64,000 nucleotides of DNA from Oculina patagonica (lineage: Eukaryota). The position numbers and the translations under genes are program-made. Of the stretch, positions 12,601 to 24,429 are shown in pieces (positions within the stretch are counted from its first letter, which is position 1; the number at the start of each line of letters is the position of its first letter). Below the pieces are notes generated by a model. That model searched no databases. It worked only from the letters and a program-made list of their open reading frames with translations, and was not told the DNA's origin. Location of the stretch: the NCBI RefSeq assembly GCF_052425735.1, contig NC_135769.1, positions 17,980,001 through 18,044,000 on the forward strand. The letters are read 5' to 3'.

Positions 12601-14083
12601 GTGAGCAGTACAATGATAGAAGTCTTTAGTCATATCGTGTTCAGTTTTACACGAGGCGTGACAGAGCACTACAACCCAGAAAAACCTGAATTCACGGTGG
12701 AGTCTTTTGGCTACGATCCTCTACAAAGCACAGGTCGAGAATGGAATAACCATTCTGTTGATAAGCTTTTTTATCAAGAATACAGTGACAGAGAAGTCAC
12801 AAACCTGGACTATTATGTGGCTAACAATCTCAGTATACAAGTTATAAATGCCTTCTCAACAGAAGAAAACGAAGAAACACAGGAAGCAAGATGGAGACAG
12901 AGCAATGGCTTGGAAGCAGCTCAGACCATCCGCTCTCCGTACAGTTTGTAAATCAATGTACATTGCAGCTTTGATTTCACTACTCACTGCTACCATCATA
13001 GGTTCAGTATACATGCTGATCTCCTATCTATGTTATAAGACTATAAACAACTGCCAATTCCACCCAAAGGAGTCCATTCCAGTAAAAGTGCAATGGTTGA
13101 GATCTATCTCTGATATGATCTGCGTTGCCGATTTTGTTACACACTTCGACGTTCGTGGTTGTGCTTTTTCTTTTCCGTCCATATCAGTTAATGGGGGTAA
13201 AAAGAAAACTGATCGGTGCTAGTTTAGATGCACTTTATCGAGTGATTCTACAAACCCTAGGAATATCTCATTCCAAACTTACTACATTGCAAAAAATTTC
13301 ACTTTACGTTAGTAGCGTTTTTAGTAGATGTTGCCAAGTGTAGCTTGTAACGAAACAGTTTTGCATACGACAGTCGATAAGACGGCAGGTGAAGTTTTTC
13401 TTCAAAATGACAGTATCTGCCTTTTCTTTTCAATTCCTGTGGCCGAAATAATCTACCCAGCGTACAACAAACATAGTAAGGAAGGCAAAATGCGCCTGGT
13501 AATCGCACTCTTCGCTCCTCTCATTGGAGTCGTACTCAAAGTAATCTCGCGAATTTGTGTCCAGCGGTTATGGAACATTACCCATCCGGGATATTCGTAT
13601 GTCTTATTAGCGCCGTTGTATTGCACAGCAGTGGTTTTTTCCGTGTTTTACAAGCGGATCTTAATAGTTTACAATCCATCGCTATTCTTGGAATGATTCA
13701 TGGTGTCACAGAAGTCATAGAAAGAAGTGCTATGGTTGTGATCGATCACATTTGTCACGTGATGTGGAAAAAACAACAGCTCCTTGGGGAAGTTTTCGTA
13801 CTTGTCGCCTTGAGAGACTAATGGCTGATATCACTATCATGAGTACGTTGTTTATATCAACTGCTGTAGTATCTGTTAATGGTTTTTTGTACTTGTGTCA
13901 ATTTATTTACTTACAAAACGATTTCTTTTCAAAGTTACTACAAGCTTTTGCCATCACAACTTCAGTTCAGCTGGTGATTGAGTGGTTTTTTCACCAGCGT
14001 ATCTCTTGCGATCGAGACTCGCTACCAGAATATGGCTGTCATGGCTGTTTGGCGAAGAAGATGGAGAAGACACATTTCAGTGG
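12601..14083 (+). pseudogene. Family copy D: frameshifted inverted paralogue of copy B, running into the assembly gap
   Basis: The start codon is GTG. Successive frameshifted ORFs (12601, 12848, 13125, 13328, 13555, 13752, 13978) tile the copy-B protein, and there is also an internal TAG. Confidence 0.9.
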
Positions 14084-14583
14084 NNNNNNNNNNNNNNNNN
14101 NNNNNNNNNNNNNNNNNNNNNNNNNNNNNNNNNNNNNNNNNNNNNNNNNNNNNNNNNNNNNNNNNNNNNNNNNNNNNNNNNNNNNNNNNNNNNNNNNNNN
14201 NNNNNNNNNNNNNNNNNNNNNNNNNNNNNNNNNNNNNNNNNNNNNNNNNNNNNNNNNNNNNNNNNNNNNNNNNNNNNNNNNNNNNNNNNNNNNNNNNNNN
14301 NNNNNNNNNNNNNNNNNNNNNNNNNNNNNNNNNNNNNNNNNNNNNNNNNNNNNNNNNNNNNNNNNNNNNNNNNNNNNNNNNNNNNNNNNNNNNNNNNNNN
14401 NNNNNNNNNNNNNNNNNNNNNNNNNNNNNNNNNNNNNNNNNNNNNNNNNNNNNNNNNNNNNNNNNNNNNNNNNNNNNNNNNNNNNNNNNNNNNNNNNNNN
14501 NNNNNNNNNNNNNNNNNNNNNNNNNNNNNNNNNNNNNNNNNNNNNNNNNNNNNNNNNNNNNNNNNNNNNNNNNNNNNNNNNNN
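14084..14583. other. Assembly gap (500 N)
   Basis: Run of N. Confidence 1.
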
Positions 14584-14717
14584 GAGAGGTGGGGTTTAAA
14601 GATGATGGCCTCGATAGAGCTTTTACGGTAATTTGCATTTCTACCTCTTTATTCAGAATCAAGCAACATTATTACAACCAGAGACATTCCAAATATTTTT
14701 GAGATCTGCGTCTAATC

Positions 14718-16343
14718 TTAAGTAAACGGTATTTTACATGGTTGATACGAGGGCTCTTTAAAACGCTCGTGTAACATTAATACAAGGTTTCCGCTAGTCC
14801 ATACACCAACTGAAAAAACAGTTATAATTGCTACTAAAATGTGTCTTTTCCATCTTTTTCGCCAAACAGCCATGACAGGCATATTCTGATAGCGAGTCTC
14901 AATCGCTAGAGATACGCTGGTGAAAAACCACTCAATCACCAGCTGAACTGAAGTTGAGATTGCGAAAGACGGCACTAACTTTAAATGAGAACTGTTTTGT
15001 AAGTAAATAAATTGATACAAGAATAAAAATCCGTTAACAGACACTATGGCAGTTGATTCAGACAACATGCTCATAATAGCGATATCAGCCATAAGTCTCT
15101 CACGGCGAGGAGTACGAAAACTTCCCCAAGGAGCTAATGTCTTTTTACAAATGACATGACAGATGTGATCAATGACAACCATGGTGCTTCGTTCCATGAC
15201 CTCTGCAGCGCCGTGGATTATTCCAAGAATAGCGATGTATTCCAAACAGTCAAGATCCGCTTGTAAAACTCGAAACATAACTGCTGAAGCACAATGCAAC
15301 GGCGCTAGTAAGACAAATGAATATCCCGGATGAGTGATGTTCCATAACCGCTGGACACAAATTCGCGAGATTACTTTGAGTACGACTCCCATGAGAGGAG
15401 CGAAGAGTGCGATTACCAGGCGCATTTTCCCTTCCTCATTTTGTTCGTTGTACAGTGGGTAAATTATAGAGGCCACAGAAATTGCAAGAATTATAACAGA
15501 ACAGAGGGGAACTGTGATTTGCAAGAACAAAGTCAGTTGCTGTCTCCTTGTCCGTCCCATACGGAAGTGATTCGTTAGAAAATAGGCTTGCCAACATATA
15601 CCCATTACAAACAAAGCATTTAGGGGACTCTTTTGCAAAGCAGAAAGCTTGGAATAAGAAATTCCCAGGGCTTGTAGAGCGACACGATAACATGTGTCCA
15701 AGAAATATACAAGGCAAGCAGCTAGAACCAGTTTTCTTTTCACCCCCATTAACTGATAAGGGCGAAATAGAAGTAAGGTACATGTAAAGAACCAAGTGTA
15801 AAGAAAAGCACAAGAGATCACATCAGAAATTGATCTCATCCATTGCACGTTTTCTGGAATGGACTTCTTAGGGTAAAATTCACAGTTGTTTGCAGTTTTA
15901 AAAGTTAGGTAGGAGATCGACATGTATACTGAACCTATGATGGTAGAAGTAAGTAGCGAAATCAAAGCTCCGATGTACATTGACTTACAAACTGTACGGA
16001 GCGCGGATGGTCTGAGTCGTTTCCAAGCCATTGCTTTATCTTCATCTTTTTGATCTTCATGTGTTTCTTCGTTTTCCTCCGGCGAACACGCGTCTATAAC
16101 CCTTACATCAAGGCGGCTGGACACTAGATAGTCCCAGCTTGTGACTTCTTTGTCGCTATATTCTTGATAAATAAGCTCATCAACAGGACGATAAAACCAT
16201 TCTCGACCTGTGCTTTCTAGAGGATTGTAGCCAAAAGACTCTGCAGTGAATTCAGGTTCTTCTGGGTTGTAGTGCTCTGTCACGCCTCGTGTAAAGCTGA
16301 ACACGATATGACCAAACACCTCTATCAGTGTACTGCTACTCAT
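14718..16343 (-). CDS. Uncharacterised intronless ~11-TM membrane protein, copy E (541 aa)
   Basis: Intact ORF. The conserved ATG (MSSSTLIEVF) is at 16343; the track's longer start is a non-ATG extension. Confidence 0.9.
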   Translation of the reverse strand: MSSSTLIEVFGHIVFSFTRGVTEHYNPEEPEFTAESFGYNPLESTGREWFYRPVDELIYQEYSDKEVTSWDYLVSSRLDVRVIDACSPEENEETHEDQKDEDKAMAWKRLRPSALRTVCKSMYIGALISLLTSTIIGSVYMSISYLTFKTANNCEFYPKKSIPENVQWMRSISDVISCAFLYTWFFTCTLLLFRPYQLMGVKRKLVLAACLVYFLDTCYRVALQALGISYSKLSALQKSPLNALFVMGICWQAYFLTNHFRMGRTRRQQLTLFLQITVPLCSVIILAISVASIIYPLYNEQNEEGKMRLVIALFAPLMGVVLKVISRICVQRLWNITHPGYSFVLLAPLHCASAVMFRVLQADLDCLEYIAILGIIHGAAEVMERSTMVVIDHICHVICKKTLAPWGSFRTPRRERLMADIAIMSMLSESTAIVSVNGFLFLYQFIYLQNSSHLKLVPSFAISTSVQLVIEWFFTSVSLAIETRYQNMPVMAVWRKRWKRHILVAIITVFSVGVWTSGNLVLMLHERFKEPSYQPCKIPFT

Positions 16344-17699
16344 TGTTGCTGGACACCCGAATAAATGCTTACATTCCACCAAGTTTGTTAGTTTGCGTTG
16401 ATGGTTTTAGGTTTCTCGAGGAAGTAAACCTAACTGTTATATCCAAGATGATCTGCAGCTAGAATTTAAGAGCTTGTCCTGTCTTCTCGATCTGTGGCAT
16501 TTGCTGCTGTACAGCCGCCTTTTTATTTGTTGTTTCACACGGAAGTCTAGATGTGTTTGATATGGAACTTTGAATTACTTATGTCCTTTAGTTTCTAACC
16601 AAATACAAGGTTTGAAAAATAGATCGAGCTGAAACTATTGTTATCATTCAGCAATTGAAGTTGTAGAACAGTTTCTTGTGATTCGCCTCAGTAAACCCAA
16701 GATCAGTTCATGAAAAAGCCGAATACCCACTCAAATGGCCAGAAAATAATTTTACTTGAAGAGAACACCAGGTGGCTTCTAGGGCAATATAGAACGAATA
16801 AACACCTATTACACAAGCAAACCATTTCAGAAGACCATTCAGAAGTAGCTTTCAGTAGTTCGAATCATACGGTTCGGAAGCAAGCCTTGCGTCAGGGAAG
16901 GAAAGAGACCTGTAGAGCTAGAAAGTTATTGAGAAACCTCCTGTCGAGTTGGTTAATTAATTTTTAACGCTTCTTTTCAAAACAATGAGAGAAAATTCTC
17001 GAGAATTGGTTGATTATACATTCAATACTTGAACTTGAAGTGAGCAATTTATTTATAAGTACTTGTGATTTCTGGTTCAGTTTGAATTTTTTATAATTTG
17101 CGATGTTAAAATTGTTGCAAATTCACTTTCCAATATGTCTTTCACTGCCACAAAATAAGAATTAAAATTGACAATAGCAATAAGCATCTCATTTCTCCCT
17201 ACATTATGAGGATCGAAGCTTAGGCCTTTACAGACTGTTCGCTGCAGCTTCTCTTTTCTTCGACACAAAAGATTGCGTGAGAAACAGCGAGCGCAAAGCA
17301 CGAGGACCGAGGTCTCCTGTCTTTGCGCTGCGTCCAACTCTTGTACTTCAGTTTTCTGCGATCAACGATCGAAGAAAAATACAAGAAAATAGAGAGCTGT
17401 GAACAGTCTTAGATTAAAGTTTGTAAGCAACTTGTTCAAAGGCACTAATACACGGAGGAACATGTTGCAGGGACATGACGCGACGTCATGTAGAGGGGGC
17501 CAAAACATGTAACACAAGAAAATGAATCTAATCTGAGCCGTACCGATGGTTTATAACATGAAATGACATTTATTTTAATCCATTTTGTCAGCTTTTTACC
17601 AAATGGTAATGAGGTGTAGTGATCATTCTTGAAGTGACGTGTTTCCCTCACTCGACCACTCGCTCATTCCATTCTGATATTAAACCGCAATTAATTCAT

Positions 17700-18780
17700 G
17701 CATTTAACGGTGAACATGCTGACAGAAAGGTTCTATAAAAACGCCATTCAATGCATGTATAAACAAATTATTCTCCAACCTCGTTCCCAGGGTCTCTCTT
17801 TCAGGGAACTGAATTGAATTTTCACAAAACAAATCGAAAGAGGATCAGTTACACTTCTCCTCTTGTGATAAAAGAGAATAGAATCCGCTCTACGAAGCCT
17901 AAGAGCATAGGCTATCAATGACCCATTCACGTAAGAAAACATTAAAAGACGCGTTTTAGAAAACACAACATTCATGCACGTTTTTGTTTCGCGTCACATC
18001 ATCTTCGTGTCCCGCCATCCGTTCTTCATCTTTTTTAGTCGTGCAGAAACGCGCATCTTTCTCTCAAATTTTAACGCTAAAAAGGATCAAAGGTTACACT
18101 TAAATATTTTTGTGATGAAATAGAATTCGCGCGACGAAGCCTGAGGGCACGAACCATCATGACGCAATTCACATGGAAAAATAAAACATTCACAGGGAAA
18201 TAAAGTGAGATTGTGTTACATTATTGAACGCTTATTTAAAGAAAAAACTATCAATGAATCTATCAATGACCCATTCACGCAAGAAAAAAATTAAAGGCAA
18301 ATCAAGTGAGATTGTGACATTACTGAAAGTAGCTATGAACTACATATAGTTACGCTTAAATTGTTATAAAAAATTATTACGCTCGCCATGCGACGTGTTT
18401 TAGTTAGCACCACATCAACGGCACGTTTTTGTTTCGCGTCACGCCACCTCGTGTCACATCATCCGTTTTTCATCTTTTTGAGTCAAGCAGATACACGAAG
18501 TGCTCGGGCGTATCTTTTCTCTCAAATTTTATCCGCTGCTCAAAAATAACGCTATACATGCTGACAGAAAAGTAAACATATTGACAAAACAAATTCACTT
18601 AATGCTTAAAAGGATCAAAGATAATACACTGACCGGTAAATATTTTGGTTGTGAAAACTGAATAGCGCTACGACGCCTGAGAGCACGAGCCATCAATGAC
18701 GCAACTCACGTGGAAAAATAAAGCAAAGTGAGAATGCTTTACTTTATTGGACACTTATTTAGAAAAAAATACGGAGGTCG
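17700..18780 (+). repeat. Diverged direct repeats
   Basis: Recurring CGAAGCCT..GAGCA..CCATCAATGAC..ATTCAC blocks (~17890, 18135, 18670) and GCACGTTTTTGTTTCGCGTCAC blocks (17976, 18421). Confidence 0.6.
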
Positions 18781-19084
18781 GCACTTCATTCATCGAATTA
18801 CCATGAGGTTGCTCGAAGAGCCTTTGATTTTGTATATGTTTTAAGATAAAAAGGATATCTTAAACCAACTAAATATAGCAGAGATTTGGAAATACTTGCG
18901 CATTTTTCCAATCAAAGAAACTTACGTTTCGCTTTCTTTAGAGGTATTTAATGCTCATAAAGAGTTTAAGAAAACAAAACCAAAAAAATATCCCTTGATA
19001 CAAGGTTGCTTTTTGCCGCCAAATTTCGACTAAAATCACACTCTATGACAGTGAATCTTGTGGTCTTCTCATGCAGAGTCGCTA

Positions 19085-19711
19085 GAGGGGCCTGAAAGGG
19101 TAAAATGGGAACTGGGATTTTGGCAAATTTTTACCGGCTTTGAAAATTGAGATTTGGGTCACTGGGACGGGGAATCACAAACAAATAAACAATACAACTG
19201 GGACTGGGATTTGGAAAATCAGGAAAAAGATAGGCTGGGAATGGGATTTGGGCAAAATTTGGGCTGGGAAATGAGATTTTAAGGTCGGCCGGACGCACTA
19301 GGCGACACGTCGCTGCAACACGTCGCGGCGACATGTTGCTGCGACCTGTCGCCTCGTGTGACATGGTGCATTCTTGCGACAAACCAGTCGCTGCGACAAA
19401 ATTTTGTCGCTTCGATGTGTCGCACGATATTTAAACTGGTTTGAATTCGTGCGACACATCGCAGCGACAAAATGAGCGATAGCAGCGTTGTCGCAGCGTG
19501 TGTATACGTCTGCGACAAATCGCTGCGACAAATTATAAATTAAACAATGAGAGAGCGTCATTTATTTTTCTGTTTTGCCGTATTGAATTGGAAAACTAGT
19601 TCACATTCCCACTCTTCCAAATTCGCTGTTTGTGCACCGAACAAACACCTTGTCGCAGCAACTTGTTTTTACGCAGTACACACGGAGCAGTATACCCCCT
19701 TCAGGACCCTC
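19085..19711. mobile_element. TIR element (GAGGG.CCTGAA ends, GGGATTT subterminal repeats) with a nested GCGACA-rich element at ~19279-19690
   Basis: Ends GAGGGGCCTGAAAGGGTA / TACCCCCTTCAGGACCCTC. Degenerate 6-bp TSD TCGCTA/TTGGTA (TCGGTA in the paralogue at 44362 and at the empty site ~40232). Confidence 0.6.
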
Positions 19712-19869
19712 TTGGTAGGCCACTTAGTCACAACATGACTAAAATCTGTCCAAGCGTATCGTGATGCAAGATTACTGTAGTACTAATCTTTATTTAACCA
19801 CGGTAATACAAATTCAGCAAAGGTTGCCTTTCAAATTATAGCTGTGACCTACAAAATAACATTAAAAAA

Positions 19870-20235
19870 CTATCGATCAAGTTAGTAATAGCCGCCAAAG
19901 GCAGTCAAAGAAGAAAAGGTCTTATTTGATTGTTTAATCAGTTCCACAATTTAGCCACACCCTACCCCAACCCCCTTGCACTTCTTACGCCGTAATGAGT
20001 GGCTTCAGGACACAGTGAGCATTTCAGTTCGATATTCAGGACACCTTTGTGGACCTTGTACATCATGTTAGCTACGTGCTTTTGTCGTCTAGTTTGGAGG
20101 TCTTCCAAATTTAGTACCCAACAAAGGGACTGAGACCGTACATCGTACGAGGACCTTGTGATGACCATGGCAGCCCTATTGTGTAATCTCAGTAGCTTAT
20201 CAGACAACTTTTTTCCGACATTATCCCCCACTGGG
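19870..20235 (-). mobile_element. LINE RT C-terminal fragment (co-duplicated with the gene)
   Basis: ORF 19962-20231 reads DNVGKKLSDKLLRLHNRAAMVIT...RRQKH..MYKV; it is the same element as at 7.6-8.0 kb. Confidence 0.7.
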
Positions 20236-20246
20236 TAGGTATGGAA

Positions 20247-20605
20247 TGTTCACAAGGAACATTTATTGACCACACGTCGTCTAACTGGCACACTCGATTA
20301 AGTTACTGTAATGACGACCGACTCTTAACAAAAATAAACTTCGACTACACGTCCTATGTCCACGAAAACTTCGTAAAGTGTCCAACTAACTTGTTTCGTC
20401 CAACGTTGAAAACCGAATGAATAAAGAAATCTACTTGACAATACTTGAAACGAAAACGAAACCTAAATTTACATAAAAAATTAATGCAAAAGGAACGAAC
20501 GAAACTAGGCCGGTAGAAAAAATACAAAAGAAACAAAAGATATTACGATACTATTCTCACGCAACATGACGATTAAACCTAATGATTTCAATTCTCTCGT
20601 GTCCA
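20247..20605. mobile_element. Probable solo LTR
   Basis: TG...CA ends, a 5-bp TSD TGGAA, and absence at the paralogous site 44871-44885. Confidence 0.65.
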
Positions 20606-20610
20606 TGGAA

Positions 20611-20886
20611 GGTTAAGTCTGCTTTCGAGCCTATTGCCCCACCAGGCCGGAGCTTATCCCATTTTCAGTAACATGAAGCGACTAAAAATATTTATTCTCC
20701 CCCCTGGGTGAGATGTTAGTCCATCGAACTGGTTTACCCCATAGCATTAAATTCACTGGTACTCATTCATAAACCCGGGTGAAGAGAGAGTCTTTCCCAA
20801 AAACACAACAAAAGACCCCAGCCAGGACTAGAACCCGGACAGCTCGATCTGGAGTCCAGCCCACTAACCTTTTGGCCACCGCGCCT
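20611..20886 (-). mobile_element. tRNA-derived SINE
   Basis: The minus-strand head AGGCGCGGTGGCCAAAAGGTTAG...GGGTTCTAGTCC has A- and B-box motifs. A second copy is at 44881-45163. Confidence 0.7.
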
Positions 20887-21028
20887 ACCACAATTTAACC
20901 CCACACTAACCTACAGTAGTCAAAATGGTACTGCACCAAAGACTTACATTCTGTCAGTGATTAAATTCTTGACACTTTCGTAGGTCTCTTACCCTCTTAA
21001 TCAGTCTTTGAGATCTCTCCATGTAATC

Positions 21029-22654
21029 TTAAGTAAATGGCATTTTACAAGGTTGATTTAAGGGCTCTTTAAAGTGCTCGTGTACCATTACTAAAAGGTT
21101 CTCGCTAGTCCATGTACCTACTGACACGGCAGTTACAATTGCCACTAAAATGTGTCTTTTCCATCTTCTTCGCCAAACAGCCATGACAGCCATATTCTGA
21201 TAGCGAGTCTCGATCGCTAGAGAAACACTGGTGAAAAACCACTCAATCACCAGCTGAACTGAAGTTGTGATGGCGAAAGACTGTAATAGCTTTAAAAGCG
21301 AATCGTTTTGTAAGTAAATAAATTGATACAAGTACAAAAATCCGTTAACGGACACTATAGCAGTTGATTCCGACAACATGCTCATGATAGCGATATCAGC
21401 CATTAGTCTCTCACGGCGAGGAGTACGAAAACTTCCCCAAGGAGCTGATGTTTTTTTGCAAATCACATGACAAATGTGATCAATAACAACCATGGTGCTT
21501 CGTTCTATGACTTCTGCAGCGCCGTGAACTATTCCAAGAATAGCGATGGATTGTAAACTGTCAAGATCCGCTTGTAAAACTCGAAACATAACCGCTGATG
21601 CACAATACAACGGCGCTAATAAGACATACGAATATCCCGGATGTGTGGTATTCCATAACCGTTGGACACAAATTCGCGAGATTACTTTTAGCACGACTCC
21701 AATGAGAGGAGCGAAGAGTGCTATTACCAGGCGCATTTTGCTCTTCTTGCTTTTCTCGTTATACGCCGGGTAAATTATAGAAGCCGCAGAAATGGCAAGA
21801 ACTATAACAGATAAGATAGGAACTGTCATTTGCAAGAACAAAGTCGCCTTTTGTCTCCTTGTGCATCCCATACGAAAGTGTTTCGTTAGAAGATAGGCTT
21901 GCCAAAATATACTCATAAAAGCGAAAGCATTGAGTGGGATCTTTTGCAAACCAGAAAGCTTGGAATGAGATATTCTCAGAGCTTGTAGAGCGACACGATA
22001 ACATGTGTCCAAGAAATATGCGAGGCAACTAACCAGGACCAGTTTTCTTTTCACTCCCATTAATTGATAAGGGCGAAATAGGAAAAAGGTGCATGTAAAG
22101 AACCAAGTGTAAAGAAAAGCGCAAGAGATCACAGCAGAAATTAATCTCGTCCACTGCACTTTTACTGGAATGGACTTCTTTGGGTAAAATTCACAGTTGT
22201 TTATAGTTTTAAAACACAGATAGATGATCAGCATGTATACTGAACCTATGATGGTAGCAGTTAGTAGTGAAATCAAAGCTCCAATGTACATTGATTTACA
22301 AACTGTACGGAGAGTGGATGGTCTGAGCCGCTTCCAAGCCATTGCTTTATCTTCATCTTGTTGATCGTCTTGTGTTTCTTCGTTTTCCTCTGGTGAACAC
22401 GCGTTTATAACCCTTATATCGAGACTGCTAGACGCTAGATAGTCCAAGCTTGTGACTTCTTTGTCGCTGTATTCTTGATAAATAAGCTCATCAACAGGAT
22501 GATAATACCATTCTCGACCTGTGCTTTGTAGTGGATCGTAACCTAAAGACTCCGCCGTGAATTCGGGTTCTTCTGGGTTGAAGTGCTCTGTCACACCTCG
22601 TGTAAAACTAAACACGATATGACCAAACACCTCTAGTAGTGTACTGCTACTCAT
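21029..22654 (-). CDS. Uncharacterised intronless ~11-TM membrane protein, copy F (541 aa)
   Basis: Intact ORF, colinear with its paralogues. Confidence 0.92.
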   Translation of the reverse strand: MSSSTLLEVFGHIVFSFTRGVTEHFNPEEPEFTAESLGYDPLQSTGREWYYHPVDELIYQEYSDKEVTSLDYLASSSLDIRVINACSPEENEETQDDQQDEDKAMAWKRLRPSTLRTVCKSMYIGALISLLTATIIGSVYMLIIYLCFKTINNCEFYPKKSIPVKVQWTRLISAVISCAFLYTWFFTCTFFLFRPYQLMGVKRKLVLVSCLAYFLDTCYRVALQALRISHSKLSGLQKIPLNAFAFMSIFWQAYLLTKHFRMGCTRRQKATLFLQMTVPILSVIVLAISAASIIYPAYNEKSKKSKMRLVIALFAPLIGVVLKVISRICVQRLWNTTHPGYSYVLLAPLYCASAVMFRVLQADLDSLQSIAILGIVHGAAEVIERSTMVVIDHICHVICKKTSAPWGSFRTPRRERLMADIAIMSMLSESTAIVSVNGFLYLYQFIYLQNDSLLKLLQSFAITTSVQLVIEWFFTSVSLAIETRYQNMAVMAVWRRRWKRHILVAIVTAVSVGTWTSENLLVMVHEHFKEPLNQPCKMPFT

Positions 22655-23699
22655 TGTTATTTCGAAGACGCAGTAGTTTATCAGTTAGTGACGGTGTTAG
22701 AGCTTACGCAAGGAAACAACTGAGACTTGAACACAATCTTCAGTTTATAAACTGAATCTTCCTGTGTCGCTTTGATGTATAAATCCACTTCCTTGAGGGG
22801 TTTCACCGTTTTCAGTTTCGACCGGAAGTGTCATTATCTCATCTATTGGGAATCGATATGTTTATAATAGCTTTAAGTGGTTTCAGTTTCTGCGCCAAAA
22901 ATTTGTCCCAGCTTTATGTATTTCCAAAAAAATTACATCGTTATATGGTTTCAAAGTTGATGTTTCACGGTTAATTGTAAATGTTTTTGTACTTTGCTTT
23001 ATTTAGGATGGCCACAGGTTCATTACTTCGTTTCAGTTTTGATTATTTAAAAAGTCATAACTTACTAAGTTTGATTAATTGATTGATTGATTGATCGATT
23101 GATGTTGTTAGTAAGTTAAAATCAAGTCCAATTCACTGTTTCACGGTCTCGATCATCCTATTTTCTTCTCCCAATCTTTGGTTTGTCTATACGAAAATTC
23201 TGAAGGCATGTTTGTGCTGTAAACAGGATACTTTAAATTTATAACTGCTTATTTAGCTACTGCTTTTAAAACTTTGTCATCGAAAATAGAAGTAGAGATT
23301 CATCGGACTAGTTAATTGCGCCAACGATTTGTCTCTCTATACTTTCGTAATATACTGTTTCGAATTCACTTCTTACATTTTACAGAAGCAGAGGTATCAC
23401 TCTTTCCCTGACGCAAAAACCGGCGAAAGGAACATTACGCTCTTGACGGCGCTTGCTTATTCAGTATAATTACCTTCGGTTGTCCAACACACATTCCATC
23501 ACACATTGAACATTCCAGCAAGCATTCATTCATCGTAACTACAGAGTCTTCCGCCACTTTTTTAATTAACTTTTTGCATCGTGGAAGCAGAGATACAACG
23601 CTTTCGATACAACGAAATATAGTGTGTTAATTATCAACAGATAATCACTTTCGCTCACGTGATTATCTTTCGCTAATTTAAATCATGAATTGTTTTTTT

Positions 23700-24200
23700 G
23701 ACTGTGTGTAAACACCTTCGACAGCCTTGTAGAAGCGGTGATTTATTTCTTGTCGCGACGCTTCTCAAACATCGAAGAGAAAATCACGCTTGTTGGCGCT
23801 TGTTAATCTTTTAACGTTTTAGAGAATTTTAAATCATATATTTTTTTTCTTTGAGTACAGAGTTTTTTTACTGTTACAAACAGTTTCGTAATCCTTGTAG
23901 AAGCGGGGATTTAATTCTTGTCGCGACGCTCCTGAAACATCGGAAAATAAAATCACGCTTGTCGGCGCGTGTTTATTCACGAGATTAAACAAAAACTTTC
24001 GCTCGCAAAAACATCGCAAGCATAATCGGCGCATCGATTTAGTCTAAATCGTGAATTGTTTCATTAACTACAGAGGTTTTTTGCTGTTTTAAACACCTTC
24101 GTAAGCTTATAGAAGTGGAGATTTAAATAATTTTTGTGAATGTCGGACGCTCCTAAACAACGGGAGAAAAAAACACGCTTGTTGGCGCGTACAACAGACA
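23700..24200 (+). repeat. Three diverged tandem units (~170-210 bp)
   Basis: TAGAAGCGG..ATTTA..TCTTGTCGCGACGC...AATCACGCTTGTTGGCGC at ~23730, 23898 and 24109. Confidence 0.65.
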
Positions 24201-24429
24201 AAAGCTTGTTTCGCAAAAAAAAAAATGCCTAAAAGTTCGAAGTTCGTGCATATGTAATGAATTACACATTCTGTCCGTCTCGAAGTTGTTTCTCCAAAGT
24301 TTAAAAGTTTTCCAGACCTGTTGACTGTTCAATTCAGTTTCCACTGTTTTATCCACCTTCACCAGCACTAACTTTCAGTAATGAAATTCCTAGTTTTCTA
24401 AAATTGAATACAAATGTTTACTTTTGGGA

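Noticed and set aside
13752-14702. Long ORFs containing X runs
   Set aside because: Artefacts of the 500-N gap.
16710-16967. Similar small ORFs at 16710 and 35630
   Set aside because: Explained by segmental duplication; the third copy at ~47300 is disrupted.
22495-22550. ITIM/ITAM-like tyrosine motifs in the N-terminus
   Set aside because: GYDPL and IYQEY do not meet the ITIM or ITAM consensus.
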